Shown here one piece after another: positions 10,023 through 20,825 of a DNA stretch of 37,242 nt; position 1 is the stretch's first letter; the number at the start of each line of letters is the position of its first letter. The stretch is taken from UHGV virus genome UHGV-1405961; one strand, written 5' to 3'. Position numbers and translations under genes: made by a program. The stretch is from a virus. The notes under the pieces are model-generated. The model searched no databases. It was not told where the DNA came from and saw nothing but the letters and a program-made list of their open reading frames with translations.

Positions 10023-11440
10023 TACTCAATCCTTATCTGAGCGCCAGACAGAGTGACAGGTGACTTCGTGATAACGCGCAATTTGAAACCAATGTTTTTC
10101 CTGATGCGCCCTACTTTCTTCCACAAAACGCGTTTGTCGTAAACGAACGGTTCATTCTGCTCAATCATCTGCTCACGTCCGTAATTGATGCCGTCAGTGG
10201 TTGCCGATAGGAACAGGCGGTCAGCGTACTGCGCAACGCCAGTTGAAGATTCAACCTCAAAGTCGAAAACTCTGGCGTTATCCGCTTTGAACAACGGAGT
10301 AAACAGCAGGTGTTCCTGTTGCTTGTCGTACTGGCTGCTGATGTCGAACTGCAATTTCCCGGTCACGGATTCCAGCTTATCGCCGCACGTTATCTGATTG
10401 CCTTCGTAAATGAAGTCGATAGCGCGGTACACATCGTCATACAGGCCTGTTTTCAACACACACCATTGCGGACCATTGGCGCTTGAAGATGCGTCGTAAA
10501 CAAGAACATGGCGCGGCAGGTGAATAATCAGCAACTCATGAGCATCAAACCGCAACGATTCCATCACGCCATCAGCCAGTTCATCAGCAGTGTAGGAGCG
10601 TAGTATTTTCTCAATGCTCGCGCTGGCGATTGGTGATACCTGACCGGAGCCGATGATATATACAGACGGCGCACCTGTTGCCGGATTGCTGATGAACGCA
10701 TAAGAATCAGCGAATGGCGTTTTGCAGTAAGTCCCGGCAATGCCTTTCTGCACCATCAGCGATGGCTGTGCGACATACAGAGCAGCACCAACGGTGGTTG
10801 CACCAGTCAGGGAGAAATATTCAATCGTCGATGAACCAAAGCAGACGATGAAGTCTCGCCATGTTCCGATGCCGATGATGCCGTCAGGCTGCGATTCTGC
10901 GCGATATTGTGCGCTGTATCGGTCAGGATGTGATTCGTCTTCAAGGTCAGTGATAAACCATGAATCAGTTCCGTCTTTTGACCACGCATAACGCCCACGT
11001 AAGCGCGTAATGTCACGAACCGAACCTAACTCATACTGCGTAAAACCGCTGTCTGTAGGCCAGTTTGAGACGGTTTTAACCGTGCCATCATAGCGATACT
11101 CGACCAGTTGACCATTAACGCCTACTGCCTGTGATGTCCTACCGTGTGCCATTGATACGCGACCACTTCCGGCAACATCACCGACCTCGCTTTCTCCTTT
11201 GTACAGCTTGCCACCACATACGCGATAAACAGCATTCTGCGCCATGTTGTACTCGACGCCGCGCGATACGCCGTTTACATCAGAGCGTTTGGCAATGCCC
11301 GGGAATGAGCGAAGATATCCGCTGCTGTTGAGGATTTCTTTGGGTGTAGCCAGCATATTCACTGGCAGATAGTCGATATAGTCGGCGTTTCGAAAGTCTT
11401 TGCCGACACCTTTCATAAGCGGAAGTTGCTGAATCGGCAT
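10022..11440 (-). CDS. Tail accessory (head-completion) protein, P22 gp10-like
   Basis: 472-aa ORF, the same length as P22 gp10, in the syntenic position between gp4 and gp26 homologs. Confidence 0.7.
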   Translation of the reverse strand: MPIQQLPLMKGVGKDFRNADYIDYLPVNMLATPKEILNSSGYLRSFPGIAKRSDVNGVSRGVEYNMAQNAVYRVCGGKLYKGESEVGDVAGSGRVSMAHGRTSQAVGVNGQLVEYRYDGTVKTVSNWPTDSGFTQYELGSVRDITRLRGRYAWSKDGTDSWFITDLEDESHPDRYSAQYRAESQPDGIIGIGTWRDFIVCFGSSTIEYFSLTGATTVGAALYVAQPSLMVQKGIAGTYCKTPFADSYAFISNPATGAPSVYIIGSGQVSPIASASIEKILRSYTADELADGVMESLRFDAHELLIIHLPRHVLVYDASSSANGPQWCVLKTGLYDDVYRAIDFIYEGNQITCGDKLESVTGKLQFDISSQYDKQQEHLLFTPLFKADNARVFDFEVESSTGVAQYADRLFLSATTDGINYGREQMIEQNEPFVYDKRVLWKKVGRIRKNIGFKLRVITKSPVTLSGAQIRIE

Positions 11441-11449
11441 TTATTCACC

Positions 11450-11911
11450 TCAAGTACTCGGATCATCTTTCTCGATGTAAAAGCGATTCCACGTAAACGC
11501 GCTTTTGTTACCACTACCGCGAGGCATGTCATTTCGCCGCTCAAGTGGTGGTATTTTGGTTAAAGCGATACAGATTGTCTGATATGCACTGTCAGCAGCG
11601 GTAAGGAGAGCGTCTGACGGCTGAATGACGTTATCCATGCACACTTGCACAGCGAGTTTCAAAGCTACGCCATCATTTGCCCATGCAGGGATACCTGAAT
11701 CATCGTCCGGTAACGGCATGATGCCGTTTTCTGTATCAGCAAACTGATACCCAAGCTCGATACCTTTAGCCTGCCATGCTGCCATCATGTCTTCGAGGTC
11801 ATTAATGGCATCTTCAATTGCCTGAGGGTCAGCATCTGTCAACGTGGCATTGGAATACAGCCCAGCTTTTCGTAAAGCCTTTAGAACTAGATCACCCTTC
11901 GTTTTCGCCAT
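11450..11911 (-). CDS. Tail accessory (head-completion) protein, P22 gp4-like
   Basis: 153-aa ORF immediately downstream of coat (synteny with P22 gene 4). Confidence 0.65.
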   Translation of the reverse strand: MAKTKGDLVLKALRKAGLYSNATLTDADPQAIEDAINDLEDMMAAWQAKGIELGYQFADTENGIMPLPDDDSGIPAWANDGVALKLAVQVCMDNVIQPSDALLTAADSAYQTICIALTKIPPLERRNDMPRGSGNKSAFTWNRFYIEKDDPST

Positions 11912-12080
11912 CTTCTTCCGCCTTAGCCACTTTTTGCTTCGTTGCGGTTTCTTCAGGAGTTTTTACCCAACCTTTTTTCAGGTGAGATTTAACTTCTTCG
12001 TCATCAACAATGATGTAATCGACAGCAAACTGACCACAGGCGATCATGTTGCCAGGCTTATAGAGCATTGTTCGTGCCAT
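11892..12080 (-). CDS. Hypothetical small protein between coat and gp4-like genes
   Basis: 62-aa ORF from ATG 12078-12080 (MARTMLYKPGNMIACGQFAVDYIIVDDEE...), preceded by GGGAGAAG and located just after the coat terminator. Confidence 0.4.
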   Translation of the reverse strand: MARTMLYKPGNMIACGQFAVDYIIVDDEEVKSHLKKGWVKTPEETATKQKVAKAEEDGENEG

Positions 12081-12090
12081 TGTCTTCTCC

Positions 12091-12114
12091 CAATAAAAAT
12101 GGGGCCGAAGCCCC
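12091..12114 (-). terminator. Rho-independent terminator downstream of the coat gene
   Basis: Minus-strand GGGGCTTCGGCCCC followed by ATTTTTATTG, 8 nt after the coat stop. Confidence 0.6.
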
Positions 12115-12121
12115 ACCAAAA

Positions 12122-13375
12122 TTACTGCCCGGCAATAACGATGCCAGTATATTCAGGAACAAGTACAGAGCAACCATACAGAGTGGTGAAACGAGCAGTG
12201 GTTACGCCTTTGATGTGGTCGAAGGCGTAAGACATGATCAGCGTAGCGCCCTGCTCGGTGGTTGCTGTCATTACCTGTGGACCCTGACCAGTCGGGAACG
12301 CCAGTTTGCCGTACATCAGCTCAACAGAACCATCAGCCCAGAACAGGTTAGCAGGTGCTGCGTTCTTGTTGAGAATGGTGATTGCTGCTGATGCTGCCGG
12401 TTTCGCATCGACGTTTGCATATGGACGACTCGCAACATCGGCATTTTCAACAGGGAGAATCTTTGGAGAGATTGTTACGGTAGTTCCGCTAACAGCCAGA
12501 ACACGGAATACCTGCGGTTGCCCGGTGGTATCTTTTGTGATCTGGTGTACGGAATTCACACCGGCAATGGTGAACGCATCACCAACCTGCAAGCCAGATG
12601 CAGATACCGTAATAGTCCCCTGTCGGTTATCAACTGGCATACCATTTGAATCTTTCGCTTCAACCTTGTGTTCAGGTTGGCCTGATACTGTCAAGGATTC
12701 AACGCTTCCTTTCGGTAATCGACCAGAAATATCGGTCTTGTAGCTATCAAAGGAAGCAACCGGAGGGATCTGCGCTTTTTCGTATGCTGTCAGGGTTGCG
12801 CCCTGAGCGTAGGCACGGTGACCAAGCTCGCCAGCAAGGTCTTTGTAGTTGAAGGGGTTCCAGAAAGAGCGACGGTTGATACCCTGAGGTACACCAATCG
12901 CCGTCATGGTGGCATCAATATCTGCCGCACCATTCCACAAGGCAAGGCCCCGTGAGCCATTTTCTGAGGCAGGAATTGCGACCACGTTAGCAGCACGCTG
13001 CGTAACCATGGAAATCAGGTCAGAGTCAATCTGTGCAGCAAGGCGCATACCTGCGGCGCGACCAGCTTCAGTTTTATGTTCCGGGTCACGCATTTCACGC
13101 GCATCCAGAGTGTACAGAATGTTTTTCGGCTCCTTGAACACAGAAGGAACAAGGCGCTGAACCAGTGCTGTTGGCGTTTTGCCGCTGAGGTCTAGGCCTT
13201 CCTCAATGTTCATGTGGTAATGCTGCGGACGATACAGAACATCACCTGCTCGCTGCATTGCTGTATCACCGGGACGGAATTTTTTAGCGTTACGGGAAAC
13301 TACGCAGGCGGCCTCAAAGCCTTCAACGTAGTTTTCGAACATGATTTCAAGGTCTTTTGCTAATTGGTTAGCCAT
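12122..13375 (-). CDS. Major capsid (coat) protein, P22 gp5-like
   Basis: 417-aa ORF between scaffold and gp4 homologs; C-terminal region (NLFWADGSVELMYG...) resembles the P22 coat as recalled; GGAG Shine-Dalgarno. Confidence 0.8.
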   Translation of the reverse strand: MANQLAKDLEIMFENYVEGFEAACVVSRNAKKFRPGDTAMQRAGDVLYRPQHYHMNIEEGLDLSGKTPTALVQRLVPSVFKEPKNILYTLDAREMRDPEHKTEAGRAAGMRLAAQIDSDLISMVTQRAANVVAIPASENGSRGLALWNGAADIDATMTAIGVPQGINRRSFWNPFNYKDLAGELGHRAYAQGATLTAYEKAQIPPVASFDSYKTDISGRLPKGSVESLTVSGQPEHKVEAKDSNGMPVDNRQGTITVSASGLQVGDAFTIAGVNSVHQITKDTTGQPQVFRVLAVSGTTVTISPKILPVENADVASRPYANVDAKPAASAAITILNKNAAPANLFWADGSVELMYGKLAFPTGQGPQVMTATTEQGATLIMSYAFDHIKGVTTARFTTLYGCSVLVPEYTGIVIAGQ

Positions 13376-13393
13376 GCTTAATGCTCCGATAGG

Positions 13394-14287
13394 TTATTTT
13401 TTTGCCTTTTTAGCGGCGAAATACGGCGTCCAGTCACCAGTTTCCAGCGCCTTGGCTTTCAGTTTGTCGAGGTTGTTGATTACTGCGCCGTTGCTCCCCT
13501 TAACTGTCGGGGTTGTGGCTGCCGTGGTTTTTGCTTTTGGCATGATTCTGGCCTTCGATTCGATACGTTCCAGCAGACGACCAATTGCTACGGGGTTGGT
13601 AGCTTCTGCCAGTTGCTTGCGCAGTTCAGCGTTGCGGCCGAGTGCCAGAACAACGATTTCCGGCTTCTCTGACTCAAACAAGATCGCGTTTTGTGTCTCG
13701 ATGGGGATTTCCTCGAGTACGGCCTGCTCAGCTTCCTGATAGCCAGGAACTTTGAGAGCCTTAACACGTTGCTGATATTTGGATAATCGCTCTTGATAGG
13801 CAGCCTGAAGCTCCTGCTCCTTCTGCTTGCGAGCCATCTCCTGTTGCTGGTACTTGCCGTTATCCTCTGCCCACTTAGCCATGCGTTGCTGGTAGATTTC
13901 TTCATCGAAACCGATGTCCTCATCATCCAGTTTTGGCATTCGCGGTGGTTGAGTGATTACCGGCTGCTGCTCGACGGGTTTCTGAGACTGACGCATCAGC
14001 TCTTTCAGCTCACGGTCTTTCTCTTTAATCGTCTTGCGCAGGTGTTTTACCAGTCCATGCTCTGCGCCATCTTCGCTGGTTGGCGAATCCAGCTTTTCGT
14101 CACCAAAGTAGAATTCCTGTTCTGATTCGTCGTCATCAGTTTCAGTAGCTTCCTCTACATCATTGCCGGATGACTCACTGCCATCTTCTGTTTCGACTTC
14201 TTCAGCCAGTTCGACATCATCAGGAATCTGCTCTGACGCGTCGGTTTCGATTTCAACTTCTGGTGTGTTTTCTGCCATCTGGTCCAT
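13394..14287 (-). CDS. Scaffolding protein
   Basis: 297 aa; very acidic N-terminus, Gln/Glu-rich coiled-coil middle, basic C-terminus (KLKAKALETGDWTPYFAAKKAKK); sits between portal and coat. Confidence 0.7.
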   Translation of the reverse strand: MDQMAENTPEVEIETDASEQIPDDVELAEEVETEDGSESSGNDVEEATETDDDESEQEFYFGDEKLDSPTSEDGAEHGLVKHLRKTIKEKDRELKELMRQSQKPVEQQPVITQPPRMPKLDDEDIGFDEEIYQQRMAKWAEDNGKYQQQEMARKQKEQELQAAYQERLSKYQQRVKALKVPGYQEAEQAVLEEIPIETQNAILFESEKPEIVVLALGRNAELRKQLAEATNPVAIGRLLERIESKARIMPKAKTTAATTPTVKGSNGAVINNLDKLKAKALETGDWTPYFAAKKAKK

Positions 14288-14377
14288 TTGTTACCCCTGT
14301 TTACTCGATGTTCAGCCCATCGGAAGGCAATAGGGCGCCAGGCCTCATAAAGACAGCCATTGCACGTTATTGGTTAA

Positions 14378-16579
14378 TTACTGCTGTGGTTGTTGCTGAG
14401 TTGATTTTTGCAGGATGCTGCTGATGTCCATGCGCTGCGCATGGCCCTGTGCCTGACTTTTCAGGACAAGCTCTGCATCAGCACGGGCATTATCTCCTTG
14501 CTGTTGCTGGAACTGTCCGAGCAGTTTCAGAGCCTCGCGGATATCAGATTTCTGCTGACTATCGGCAGATGCGAGTATTTTCACAACATTTGCCGCTGCA
14601 ACCTGAGCATCAGTCTGTGCCTGGAATGCTTTAACCTGAATGGCTGCCTGTTCGTTCTGCGCTTTCTGCAATTCAGCCTGACCAGCAAGAAGCTGACCTT
14701 GCGCTGCAACCATAGCCGGATCTGGCTGACTGGCCTGTTGTTGTTTCGCCTGCTCAACCATCTGCTGTTCTTCTGGCGTTCTCGGCTTGATAACACCAGA
14801 CAGAAGCAACTGATTGCGGTTGTATTCTTTAAGGTCGTCCATCCCTTCGCCGTCCATATTGTCGAGAATCATCGACGATACAAGGTCGTGCTTCGGCGTT
14901 CCTGGTGGGATAAGTGCCAGCATGGAAAGTAACGACTTAACCGTTGCATCACGGCGAGTAGCGAACGACTGACCGACATCGACAGTCACTTCATAGTTAC
15001 CCTGCGAAAGGTCGTTAAGCGCGATAACCTGCCCTGTCTGACGGTCAACCACTTCACCAGTCATTAGCGCCACGTCATCGCTGCCGTCCTCATTAACGAT
15101 GCGCATCGGCGTATCACTGCCATAGACCTCACGCGCCATAGAAAGCCACACAACGCCAGCGCGACGCATGGATTTAGCCATGTTGTCCATGTAGATATAG
15201 GACTGCGTATCCATCCGGTTAAAGATGCTATCAACGGTATCGGTGGCGACGTTGCTCGGCATGTTCTCAAGCTGCGACGCACCTGTAATTTGCTGAATAG
15301 CCGTTCCGGTGTACTGCAATAGCCCGGCAAGAGCTGGAGGCATTTGTGTCGGAGGCGTATAACTGCTGACCTGAGCCTGCGCAGTAATATCTCCGTTTTT
15401 GTTTTTCAGACTGACCATCGGCAGGAACGCCGGGCGCTTTTTGTTGCGCTCCGCCCAATGAGTGGCGAGAGGACCAGGAATCATGTCAACATCAACTACA
15501 GGAATGCCATCACCGCCAGCCTGAGTAGCGTTATCTGCAATCATGGAAACCATCAGGTTCTCAAGACGCTGTGCATCCATCGCTTTTGCTGCGTGGCCTT
15601 CGATTCGCTCCTGATTATCAACAAATGAACGACGCCCATATACCGGGATGAGAGGAATATGTTCACCCGGAATACGCTTCGGTTCTTCCAGCCATTCAGC
15701 GCCAGACAGAAGACCGCAATAAACTCGGCGTTTCTTCACTGTCCGCTCGCCAATCAGTTCGAATGCGCCATCGGTCAGCTCGTCAACAATATCTTTGATT
15801 TGCTCTTCATCATAGATTGCCGTTTCTCCGCTGACAGGATTGCGCCACGCCGTGAGCTTCACCTTCTCTATGCGAACTTCGTAGTAGCGTCCAACATAGA
15901 TGGCATCAGGTGTTGACCAGTCATACTGAGTGCCAGTGTCATCACGAGGAAGACTTACCGCGATGGAATCAGGGTATTCAGCCTCGAACGCTTTAGGCGT
16001 CATGGAGAACATTTCCATAGCCCACATAGCATCAGAGCGGTCATATTGCTTGCTGTCCTGATCGAAGAAGACGCATGTCGCCGGGTCGTAAACAGGAAGA
16101 AGACTGATGCGTCGCTGCTCGTTACTCGGATCCATTTCATCTTCGTAATCGGCACACATGCGGAAACAACCGAATCCACCCGTTACGGCATCATCAAATG
16201 CGTTATCACACGCTTCGCCACCGGATGTTTCCTGATAGTCAGCGCGGAATTTGCCGTTCATTTTTTCGGCTAACGCTTCCGATGCCTTATCGTCCTTCGG
16301 CCTGAATTTAACGCTGATGCGATTCTGTCGATACTCGCCAATGATGCGATCACATTCACGGGCAATCTTATTCAGTTCAAAGCGCGGGTAATGCTCAAAC
16401 CTGCCTTCATCAAATGAGTAACCAGCGTTTGTGCTGCCTTCCCACTGTGCGCCGGATACCCGGACGAAACGTTGAGCCTCAATAATCTGCTCACGCATAT
16501 CCTGCGTTGCTGACCAGGCATTATCAAAGTTGCACAGCACCTTGCGATGCCAGTCAGTCATCTTTCTATCATCAGCCAT
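14378..16579 (-). CDS. Portal protein, P22 gp1-like
   Basis: 733 aa from ATG 16577-16579 ([10 protein letters not shown]...), overlapping the terminase stop; motif KKRRVY...GEHIPLIPVYG and a Gln-rich C-terminal barrel (QQASQPDPAMVAAQGQLLAGQAELQKAQNEQ) match the P22 portal as recalled. Confidence 0.85.
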   Translation of the reverse strand: MADDRKMTDWHRKVLCNFDNAWSATQDMREQIIEAQRFVRVSGAQWEGSTNAGYSFDEGRFEHYPRFELNKIARECDRIIGEYRQNRISVKFRPKDDKASEALAEKMNGKFRADYQETSGGEACDNAFDDAVTGGFGCFRMCADYEDEMDPSNEQRRISLLPVYDPATCVFFDQDSKQYDRSDAMWAMEMFSMTPKAFEAEYPDSIAVSLPRDDTGTQYDWSTPDAIYVGRYYEVRIEKVKLTAWRNPVSGETAIYDEEQIKDIVDELTDGAFELIGERTVKKRRVYCGLLSGAEWLEEPKRIPGEHIPLIPVYGRRSFVDNQERIEGHAAKAMDAQRLENLMVSMIADNATQAGGDGIPVVDVDMIPGPLATHWAERNKKRPAFLPMVSLKNKNGDITAQAQVSSYTPPTQMPPALAGLLQYTGTAIQQITGASQLENMPSNVATDTVDSIFNRMDTQSYIYMDNMAKSMRRAGVVWLSMAREVYGSDTPMRIVNEDGSDDVALMTGEVVDRQTGQVIALNDLSQGNYEVTVDVGQSFATRRDATVKSLLSMLALIPPGTPKHDLVSSMILDNMDGEGMDDLKEYNRNQLLLSGVIKPRTPEEQQMVEQAKQQQASQPDPAMVAAQGQLLAGQAELQKAQNEQAAIQVKAFQAQTDAQVAAANVVKILASADSQQKSDIREALKLLGQFQQQQGDNARADAELVLKSQAQGHAQRMDISSILQKSTQQQPQQ

Positions 16580-18075
16580 CATCCAACTCCGCAAGGTATG
16601 TTGTAGCTTGAGTAATCAATCTCTTTAGGATCTTTGATGTCTCGCATCTGTATTGCAAAACGCCTCATCATGTAGCCATAGCGAACAGCAGAAAGGATGT
16701 CGTCATTTAGCTTGACGATCTTCCCGTTCTCATCGCGGTGATACAGGCGAAACTCTTCAAAGAATGGCTCGCAGGTGTTAAATACCTTGAAACGACCGTC
16801 GAGCATCATGTCGCGTATCTCTGCTATCCCGGGTTCGACCGCATTACCTCCATCAGGCCATGTTGCATGATCTGGCAACATGTCGAACCCAGCGTCGGCG
16901 TATTGTTCCTTGAGCTGAGCGCCGCCTCCCTTTTCGTGCTGATGCCCGTCATGAGGCCAAGCCGTAGGGGTGTTTTTGCTCCATGCTTTAACAGCACTCC
17001 ATGCCTCTGTCGCCTTCTTCTGTTTGGCCTTCCAGACGCGAGAAAGATAAATCACGTCCTCGTCTTTATCCCACCAAAGCTGGATGTGTGCCTGTGGGTG
17101 ATCCCATCCGAAGTCCATTGCATTGATGACGTAGAAGTGATCAGGACACTCGAACGGCTGACACTTAATCGTCTCTTCCGGTATCTGGAAGATTCTACCG
17201 CTACCCATCGTAGGAATACCGCGAGCACGCGCCTCTCTCTCATGCTCGGGATAGGATGCGATGATTTGCTCTTTCTGCTCGTCGGTGTAGTGCTCAGCGT
17301 CATAGATGGTCATGTTGACCACTTTCTGCGACTTGCTGGGATTCTTCAGGAACTTGGTAACAACGTCAGACATCCCCATCAGCGGGGTAAACGTCAGAAT
17401 TGAGAATTGACCGTATTTGTTGGTACGGGTAAGCCCTTCGCTATAAATGCTGTATGGTGGCTCTTCGTCAAACCACACGCCGTGGATTGTGTCACCCTGC
17501 CAGCGAGCACGGCCTTGCGAGTATGGTTTGAAGTAGCAGATTGAAATGCCATCTTCAACGCCTTCAGCCGTGTGATGCTTAACCAGAAGATGATCAACAA
17601 GGTTCGGAAAGAAAGGAGACTTCTTCCAGCTAATGATGTCCTCTTTCGGTATGGAACCGTAGCCTGGCTCACCATTCTCTTCGATACGACCGCACAGGAT
17701 GCGTTGAGTCGTTTTGGTTACAGTCTCGTTTGTCTCGCCGCCAATCCAGAAGACAACAGGCTCATAGAAACGCTTACCTTTCCACTCACCGCCATATTTA
17801 CCATCAGCAGGATAGCCTTTTGTGCCCGGATAACGCCCGGTAAGGTGAAACGCGACTTCGGCAGCACCAGTAAATGACTTACCAAGCTGGTTACCAGCCA
17901 TAAAACAGCGCTCTGGATAGTCATGCCCGGCGTCGATGAACTCACGCTGTTTGCTGTATGGCGTAAATTCATATAGCAGGTGTGTGTTCCGGTAGTTCTC
18001 TTCTTCTTCGAGTAGCTCGAGCAATTCGATTTGCTCTTCGTCGCTCAGGTTATCAAGAATCGCGTCCAGTTCCAC
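16579..18075 (-). CDS. Terminase large subunit, P22 gp2-like
   Basis: 498 aa beginning [37 protein letters not shown] (recalled P22 gp2 N-terminus); overlaps the small-subunit gene by 23 nt. Confidence 0.85.
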   Translation of the reverse strand: MELDAILDNLSDEEQIELLELLEEEENYRNTHLLYEFTPYSKQREFIDAGHDYPERCFMAGNQLGKSFTGAAEVAFHLTGRYPGTKGYPADGKYGGEWKGKRFYEPVVFWIGGETNETVTKTTQRILCGRIEENGEPGYGSIPKEDIISWKKSPFFPNLVDHLLVKHHTAEGVEDGISICYFKPYSQGRARWQGDTIHGVWFDEEPPYSIYSEGLTRTNKYGQFSILTFTPLMGMSDVVTKFLKNPSKSQKVVNMTIYDAEHYTDEQKEQIIASYPEHEREARARGIPTMGSGRIFQIPEETIKCQPFECPDHFYVINAMDFGWDHPQAHIQLWWDKDEDVIYLSRVWKAKQKKATEAWSAVKAWSKNTPTAWPHDGHQHEKGGGAQLKEQYADAGFDMLPDHATWPDGGNAVEPGIAEIRDMMLDGRFKVFNTCEPFFEEFRLYHRDENGKIVKLNDDILSAVRYGYMMRRFAIQMRDIKDPKEIDYSSYNIPCGVG

Positions 18076-18541
18076 GGTTGAATAGCTCCTTGATACGAGA
18101 GCGTCGCTTATCGCGATCTCCCTTATCAGGTGTCACGTCTTCAACTTGCGACTGCTCTTTGAGGCCCAAATCACGGGCGATGATGTTAGCGTTGAGAAGG
18201 TCAGCGGCTGCGCCAGAGAATTTCTGGTCGTAGATGATGTCTTCCGCTCGTGATGTGACGTCAGAAAAACCTTCCATTGACCGGAAGGTCCCCCATGTTT
18301 GCCTGGTGATATCAAGGAAGGTACACAATCCTGAAATAGTCATGGCTCGCATCTTAGGGACATTAGCCTTAATTATTTCTCCCTGATATGAAAATACCTT
18401 ACCCTCCCATAGCGGGTTATCATCAGCCCACTCGAAGTATTCACAACAAGCAGCCCACAGCGCCTCAGGCGATTCGAATTTAGGGTTTCGCCCATGACTA
18501 CTGCGGGCCTCCCAAAATCGGTTGCCCTTTGGTGCTGCCAT
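18053..18541 (-). CDS. Terminase small subunit, P22 gp3-like
   Basis: 162 aa from ATG 18539-18541 ([38 protein letters not shown]...), recalled as P22 gp3. Confidence 0.85.
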   Translation of the reverse strand: MAAPKGNRFWEARSSHGRNPKFESPEALWAACCEYFEWADDNPLWEGKVFSYQGEIIKANVPKMRAMTISGLCTFLDITRQTWGTFRSMEGFSDVTSRAEDIIYDQKFSGAAADLLNANIIARDLGLKEQSQVEDVTPDKGDRDKRRSRIKELFNRGTGRDS

Positions 18542-18576
18542 ATTCATCTCACTTAGTTGTTATTTCAGGTTGAGCA

Positions 18577-18819
18577 TCATGCTCCAGCAGTGAACAGGTC
18601 TAACGCTTCCTTCGATTTACGCACCGCTTCGATAGTGCGGGTCGTGATATCTGAATTAGCGCCGCCTGACTGGAAGTGAATTTTGAATAGCTCAAGCTTC
18701 AGCTCGTCAGTGCCAATGAATTGAAACGCTTCCTCTGCGGCTGCGTTCTGGTTCATGACCAGCTTGTAAATCTCTAACTGGAATTTCTGTTCTTCAGTCA
18801 TGGGAATAATCTCTGCCAT
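18577..18819 (-). CDS. Hypothetical protein
   Basis: 80-aa ORF between the lysis cassette and terminase genes, same strand as the late operon. Confidence 0.45.
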   Translation of the reverse strand: MAEIIPMTEEQKFQLEIYKLVMNQNAAAEEAFQFIGTDELKLELFKIHFQSGGANSDITTRTIEAVRKSKEALDLFTAGA

Positions 18820-18919
18820 TGTTGGCTCCGTTTATCCGTTAAAAGGGATATCAGTTAAGTTATCCCGTGTAGGGTATAAGCCATTATCAAGCCCACCCGT
18901 AGATAGGCTTTGTAATGAC

Positions 18920-19108
18920 TTACCCCAGCTTTGCTCGCACCAGTGCATCTTTAGCTTCGAGCAGCTTGCGGAGACCTGCTGACTTTTCAGCACTGTCAGG
19001 CAGTGATTCATCCATCAGTGTCGCAAGGTCACCGATTGGCTTACTTACTTCCTGCAGATGTGCGGGGAGGTGTTGATAAGCGAAATACTTCATGATTGGA
19101 GATGACAT
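18920..19108 (-). CDS. Hypothetical protein
   Basis: 62-aa ORF with a GAGGG Shine-Dalgarno, directly after the post-lysis terminator. Confidence 0.4.
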   Translation of the reverse strand: MSSPIMKYFAYQHLPAHLQEVSKPIGDLATLMDESLPDSAEKSAGLRKLLEAKDALVRAKLG

Positions 19109-19123
19109 TATTTACCCTCGGTT

Positions 19124-19150
19124 AGTAAAAAGCCTCGCTATTACGAGGCT
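19124..19150 (-). terminator. Rho-independent terminator downstream of Rz
   Basis: Minus-strand AGCCTCGTAATAGCGAGGCT followed by TTTTTACT. Confidence 0.55.
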
Positions 19151-19158
19151 ATGATTGT

Positions 19159-19620
19159 TCATTTCAGGCACTGCGTGTTGATATATTCCTGCAAGTAGTT
19201 AACCTGCGCGGTTATCTTGTCGATTCCACTTCGGAGACGGTAATAATTGAGTTCAGCATCTGCTGTAAGTCTTGGGCTTTCTCCATCGCCCATGCTGCTG
19301 GCTCCGGTCGTTGACTTTGCACAGGTGGCGGCGACTTGCAGGCGCTTACGACCAGCAGAAACATCAGCACGGAGACTTTCGATAGTCGCGTTAGCATCAG
19401 CAAGCTCCTTTGTATATCTGGCATCGAGTTCTGCTACGTCACGTTGACGCTTCTGCATATCAGAGATCGTCGCCATAGCCGAATCTAATGCCATAGCGTT
19501 TTCGTCGCGCTGTTTTTTGTATTCAATGGCTTTATTGTGGTAATGATTAGCTGACCAGACGAGAGAACCGAATAAAGTCAGGAGGAAAGCAGAAATAACC
19601 AGCTTATAGCGAAGTTTCAT
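19159..19620 (-). CDS. Rz: Spanin, inner-membrane subunit (Rz)
   Basis: 153 aa from ATG 19618-19620; N-terminal TM helix ([17 protein letters not shown]), coiled coil, C-terminal YINTQC; lambda Rz-like and immediately downstream of R. Confidence 0.8.
   Translation of the reverse strand: MKLRYKLVISAFLLTLFGSLVWSANHYHNKAIEYKKQRDENAMALDSAMATISDMQKRQRDVAELDARYTKELADANATIESLRADVSAGRKRLQVAATCAKSTTGASSMGDGESPRLTADAELNYYRLRSGIDKITAQVNYLQEYINTQCLK
19212..19397 (-). CDS. Rz1: Spanin, outer-membrane lipoprotein subunit (Rz1), embedded in Rz in the +1 frame
   Basis: 61 aa, MLTRLSKVSVLMFLLVVSACKSPPPVQSQRPEPAAW...; lipobox and Pro-rich segment, fully nested within Rz. Confidence 0.7.
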   Translation of the reverse strand: MLTRLSKVSVLMFLLVVSACKSPPPVQSQRPEPAAWAMEKAQDLQQMLNSIITVSEVESTR

Positions 19621-20080
19621 TAACCACCCCGCCAGCTTCTTTGAATTTGGCAATCAGACTATCGATCTTGTGTTCATACTGACCGTAGCCAGCACCGGGC
19701 AATGAAGCCCAAATATTGCTGCAACGATCAATAGCCTGACGAATATCACCCCGATCAATCATCGGTAAAGCGCCACGTTCTTTAATCTGCTGCAATGCCA
19801 CTGCGTCCTGGCTTTTGGGGGAGAAGTCTTTCAGGCCAAGCTGCTTACGATAGGAATCCCACCAACGGGAAAGAAGCTGGTAGCGCCCGGCGGCTGTTGA
19901 TTTGAGTTTGGGGTTTAGCGTGACAAGTTTGCGAGGGTGATCGGAGTAATCAGTGAATAGCTCTCCGCCAACAATGACGTCATAACCATGATTTCTGGTT
20001 TTCTGACGTCCGTCATCAGTTCCCTCTGACCACGCCAGCATATCGAGGAACGCCTTACGTTGATTATTGATTTCCACCAT
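19604..20080 (-). CDS. R: Endolysin (lambda R-type lytic transglycosylase)
   Basis: 158 aa, [61 protein letters not shown]...; near-identical to lambda R as recalled. Confidence 0.9.
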   Translation of the reverse strand: MVEINNQRKAFLDMLAWSEGTDDGRQKTRNHGYDVIVGGELFTDYSDHPRKLVTLNPKLKSTAAGRYQLLSRWWDSYRKQLGLKDFSPKSQDAVALQQIKERGALPMIDRGDIRQAIDRCSNIWASLPGAGYGQYEHKIDSLIAKFKEAGGVVNETSL

Positions 20081-20387
20081 CTTCTACTCCGGCTTTTTTA
20101 GCAGCGAAGCGTTTGATAAGCGAACCAATCGAGTCAGTACCGATGTAGCCGATGAACACGCTCGTTATATAAGCGAGATTGCTACTTAGTCCGGCGAAGT
20201 CGAGAAGGTCACGAATGAACCAGGCGATAATGGCGCACATCGTTGCGTCGATTACTGTTTTTGTAAACGCACCGCCATTATATCTGCCGCGAAGGTACGC
20301 CATTGCAAACGCAAGGATTGCCCCGATGCCTTGTTCCTTTGCCGCGAGAATGGCGGCTAACAGGTCATGTTTTTCTGGCATCTTCAT
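20064..20387 (-). CDS. S: Holin (lambda S-type, class I) with dual-start MKM motif
   Basis: 107 aa, [67 protein letters not shown]...; near-identical to lambda S as recalled. The upstream DNA is also lambda-like. Confidence 0.9.
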   Translation of the reverse strand: MKMPEKHDLLAAILAAKEQGIGAILAFAMAYLRGRYNGGAFTKTVIDATMCAIIAWFIRDLLDFAGLSSNLAYITSVFIGYIGTDSIGSLIKRFAAKKAGVEDGGNQ

Positions 20388-20825
20388 GTCTTACCCCCAA
20401 TAAGGGGATTTGCTCTATTTAATTAGGAATAAGGTCGATTACTGATAGAACAAATCCAGGCTACTGTGTTTAGTAATCAGATTTGTTCGTGACCGATATG
20501 CACGAGCAAAACGGCAGGAGGTTGTTAGCGCAACCTCTTGCTACCCGCTTTCACGAAGGTCATGTGTAGAAGTCCGCAGCGTAACTATCACCGATGAATT
20601 CATGATAGCCAGTGGCTACGGCTCAGTTTGGATTGTGGCGACCGGTGCTGATCTCCGGTTTGCTGCAACTGCCTACAGCGGGCTACGTGGCCACACCGAA
20701 TCCAGCGAAAGATTCTTGCCCTTACACATCAGCCTGTGCATTCACCACAACGATAAGAGCACTGCGCGGCACCTTTCACCAATTCCGCGAGGTCTGCGGG
20801 TTCAATGCTCTTACCTGTTGTGCAA

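Noticed and set aside
16738-17403. Plus-strand 221-aa ORF inside the terminase large-subunit gene
   Set aside because: Antisense to a gene whose product is recognisable; no ribosome-binding site; composition consistent with a shadow ORF.
18053-18541. A P22-type pac site inside the small terminase gene
   Set aside because: Headful packaging from a pac site within gene 3 is expected for this terminase type, but I could not locate a confident match to the P22 pac sequence by eye and cannot recall it reliably, so nothing is annotated.
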